A stretch of 35,882 nucleotides of DNA from a virus (lineage: Duplodnaviria > Caudoviricetes): positions 1 to 35,882 of IMG/VR virus record IMGVR_UViG_3300027956_000025; one strand, given 5' to 3'. The position numbers and the translations under genes are program-made. The notes under the pieces are model-generated. The model was given only the letters and a program-made list of their open reading frames with translations, was not told the origin of the DNA and made no database searches. Each line of letters opens with the position of its first letter. Positions within the stretch are counted from its first letter, which is position 1. This document shows positions 33,573 to 35,882 of the stretch, piece by piece.

Positions 33573-33980
33573 CTAAGAAAAAACTTGTACTGCCAGAATG
33601 TTCTGATCGTCATCCGTCGCACCACCACCGCCACCACCGGCAGCCCATTTAATGCCCTCGGTCGTCGTTGAGTCTACGGTCAACACATGACCGTCCGTCA
33701 CCCCGACAGCAACACGAGCAACCGTATCCGCAGCAGTACCAACCAGCAGATCACCCTTCGCATCAACCAGCGTTTTCAACAACGCGTTAGTTTCCAGCTG
33801 ATTAATCTTATAATCATGCGAAGTAGTAACAGCAGAACTGTTCGCTCCGACTTTCGTTTCCAACGCCTCGACAGCATCATTCACATTTGCATGTTGATCA
33901 GCATGGGAAGGACTGTTAAGAGTGTCCGTCGATAGCGGGTTTGTGAGACTGTCAAGCGATGTAGGAAAGTTGGTTGCCAT
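33573..33980 (-). CDS. fibre-like virion protein (135 aa)
   Basis: MATNFPTSLD...HADQHANVNDAVEALETKVG, then an AKGDLLVGT...G.VLT.DS...GIKW module that also occurs in the 8704-9882 fibre. Confidence 0.7.
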   Translation of the reverse strand: MATNFPTSLDSLTNPLSTDTLNSPSHADQHANVNDAVEALETKVGANSSAVTTSHDYKINQLETNALLKTLVDAKGDLLVGTAADTVARVAVGVTDGHVLTVDSTTTEGIKWAAGGGGGGATDDDQNILAVQVFS

Positions 33981-33991
33981 ACGGCTTTACC

Positions 33992-34360
33992 TCAGTCCAA
34001 GCTGAGCGTAATGGAAGTGATCTGGAAAGTGTCTCCTGCGGTGACTGCCGCTGACGAGGAAAGGCCGCCAGTCCACAGACAGTTGCCAGTTGTGGCGTTA
34101 TCCCACAGTGACCAGTGTGAGTAGGTTTCTGTGGTGGACACGTTCGTCCAGGTGACGGTTGCGCTCGAGCCGATTGACCCGGAAGCAGCTGCGTTCCACG
34201 AAACGGACTGACGGGTTGTTTCCGTGGCAGCGTTCGAGGTTCCATCCTCACCGGGGTCGCCGGTGTGCAACTTCAGGTACACGGTGGTTGGCGCGGTCCA
34301 TGAGGCTGTGCCAGTCGTGTGGTCGAGGATCTTCAGTTCAGCGTAATTGGAAATGGACAT
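33992..34360 (-). CDS. conserved 122-aa fibre / decoration subunit
   Basis: MSISNYAELKILDH, VYLKLHTGDP, RQSVSW, HWSLWDNATTGNCL, GDTF; AGGAG RBS. Confidence 0.75.
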   Translation of the reverse strand: MSISNYAELKILDHTTGTASWTAPTTVYLKLHTGDPGEDGTSNAATETTRQSVSWNAAASGSIGSSATVTWTNVSTTETYSHWSLWDNATTGNCLWTGGLSSSAAVTAGDTFQITSITLSLD

Positions 34361-34368
34361 GGTGCTCC

Positions 34369-34866
34369 TTAATTGAATTCCACTTGAACGGTCAAATTTG
34401 ATCCGGGTGTCGTGGAACCCACCTGGTCAATGTCAATTGTGAGATAGTCTCCTGCTACAACAGATGTTACATCCGGAATGGACGTATCTGTAAAACCGGC
34501 AGCAAGAATCGTCGGACGGTTCGCTTGAGTTGTGAAGATGGTCGTGCCGTTCAAGTTGACGTCCACAATGATCGACGCACCGACCGGAGCTTGACTGACC
34601 GAGGCACGCACCTGAGTAACTGTCGCATTTGACGGCATGTAAAAGCGTTGCGCTCCCGAACCAACAGACAGGGTTCCGTTAACGGTGTACACCTGATAGA
34701 AGCCGCCTGTTGGACCTTGAGCTCCTGTGGCCCCGGTTGCGCCCGTCGCCCCTGTAGGGCCGGTAGCTCCGGTGGCTCCTGTCGGCCCGGCAGGGCCTCG
34801 AGTGCCTTGCTCAAGGACAATGGTTCCTTCGAGGTCTACCGGTCGGAGGATCGTTGAATCATGCAC
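34369..34866 (-). CDS. collagen-like repeat protein with C-terminal beta domain
   Basis: About 11 Gly-X-Y triplets (GPAGPTGATGAT...), then AP.GASIIVDVN.NGTTIF...GDYLTIDIDQVGST. Confidence 0.75.
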   Translation of the reverse strand: MHDSTILRPVDLEGTIVLEQGTRGPAGPTGATGATGPTGATGATGATGAQGPTGGFYQVYTVNGTLSVGSGAQRFYMPSNATVTQVRASVSQAPVGASIIVDVNLNGTTIFTTQANRPTILAAGFTDTSIPDVTSVVAGDYLTIDIDQVGSTTPGSNLTVQVEFN

Positions 34867-35203
34867 GGCTGACGTCCAGCTCTACTTCGGCTTCCCCTTC
34901 GAAACGGGTGTTGACGACCCCATCGGAGTAGGTGCGTTGCACATCGTAGAAGTACAGTCCGGGTTCCAAAGCTGCGGTCTGTACGGGAGTCAATGAGAAC
35001 TGCCATTCGCCGGTTGCAGCATCGATGATCGTGGTGGTGAATGTGACCGCTGGGGTTGCGTCGGTCGGATCCAACTTCAACTGCACAAGGAAAGTAGAAC
35101 CCGTCAAATTTGAGGGTGTGCCATCATCTTGATATTCGGTGACAAGATGCGTGTACGTGTCGCCACGTCGAATGATGATCTTGCGTTTCGGAACACGACT
35201 CAT
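34859..35203 (-). CDS. BppU-N-like Ig-fold virion protein (114 aa)
   Basis: IRRGDT, NLTG, G...FSLTP.QTAAL, YFYDVQ, EG...V..DVSR. Confidence 0.6.
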   Translation of the reverse strand: MSRVPKRKIIIRRGDTYTHLVTEYQDDGTPSNLTGSTFLVQLKLDPTDATPAVTFTTTIIDAATGEWQFSLTPVQTAALEPGLYFYDVQRTYSDGVVNTRFEGEAEVELDVSRA

Positions 35204-35215
35204 ATCACGTGAATC

Positions 35216-35479
35216 TTACACAGCAGCAGTACCTAATTGTGTGTTACACCAAGGACACTCAACAGGACCATAAAAGAAATTTTTGAAAATGAGATGAGTG
35301 TCAGACGGGTTCGCCTCATGCAACTGTCGTGCTCTCCGTGCAATGAAAGGGGATGCGGAGGTTCCCTCGAGGACCCACGTCATCAAAAGGTTCTCTTCCC
35401 CGCCGCCAAAAATGTTGAGCATCGTTGACCTTCCCTGCTCGTCGTGTATGATGCGTTCACACGAACTCCGCTTGCACAA
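35216..35479 (-). CDS. hypothetical protein, possibly Zn-binding (start uncertain)
   Basis: C-x4-C near the N-terminus and CPWC near the C-terminus; same strand as the operon, 12 nt before the next gene. Confidence 0.45.
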   Translation of the reverse strand: MCKRSSCERIIHDEQGRSTMLNIFGGGEENLLMTWVLEGTSASPFIARRARQLHEANPSDTHLIFKNFFYGPVECPWCNTQLGTAAV

Positions 35480-35734
35480 CCTAAACTTATCCTACCAAGG
35501 ATCCGGGTTCGCCGGTGACAGCGACACACCCATGCTGCAGAGGGTTAGAGGCAGCCGAAGCCCCGATCGCACCTAGCTGGGGACACCGACTCAACAGTCG
35601 TTGAGGGATGGTTAAGCTGGAATCGGGCATCCCCTCGCAAGCAACACGATCGTTGAGAACCTCACGTCACGCGCAGGCCCACCTGTAGAACACGAGACAC
35701 CATTCCCAGCCAGGGGGTGGGTGGACTCTGCCCG

Positions 35735-35882
35735 CAACACAAACCCTACAAAGAAACCACCCAAACCCACTAACGCAACCACACCCCCCCCACTTCCCCC
35801 AAACACTCCCAAACGCCGAACCCAAACCCTACCAAACGCCCACAACCTAATACGTCACTGTCACAACAAAACAAAACATGAC
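35735..35882. repeat. C/A-rich low-complexity tract with short direct repeats
   Basis: CCCAAAC at 35760, 35798, 35808 and 35821; CAAACCCTAC at 35740 and 35823; very few G or T on the + strand. Confidence 0.6.

Noticed and set aside
35202-35215. Second parS-like core ATATCACGTGAATC before the 34859-35203 gene
   Set aside because: Only 11/14 match to GTTTCACGTGAAAC with broken outer symmetry; CACGTG cores occur by chance. Worth retesting only if the 1081 site is validated.
35612-35845. 77-aa minus-strand ORF
   Set aside because: Low-complexity G/V/F translation of the skewed tract, with no RBS or motif.

Overview
This window is most of the genome of a tailed dsDNA phage, probably short-tailed (podovirus-like), that infects Actinomycetota. 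The host call rests on a WhiB-family regulator, a DUF732-like lipoprotein, a phiC31 gp3-like protein and an r1t-like holin. The + strand arm (1-5741) carries recombination and regulatory genes: a truncated Cas4-like PD-(D/E)XK nuclease, an HTH protein, the gp3/RDF-like protein, ArdC, WhiB, a RusA-like resolvase and a secreted lytic transglycosylase. The - strand arm (35479 down to 5732) runs, in transcription order: a fibre/decoration module that includes a 15 x 20-aa repeat protein, terminase, portal, a block of putative internal (ejection) proteins including a 2567-aa giant, five coupled tiny basic proteins, scaffold, major capsid, adaptor, nozzle, tail fibre, endolysin, holin and a metallophosphoesterase cassette. 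I saw no integrase, polymerase, tRNA or CRISPR. The most notable observations are: (1) a near-perfect bacterial centromere (parS)-type palindrome fills an intergenic gap, with no parB in the window; (2) one beta-rich module appears to be reused in capsid, adaptor and fibre; (3) a hairpin after the capsid gene displays an anti-Shine-Dalgarno loop next to the adaptor RBS; (4) the scaffold leader has alternative folds; (5) a possible ruler-plus-bead fibre system. All family assignments are motif recognition by eye, not database results.
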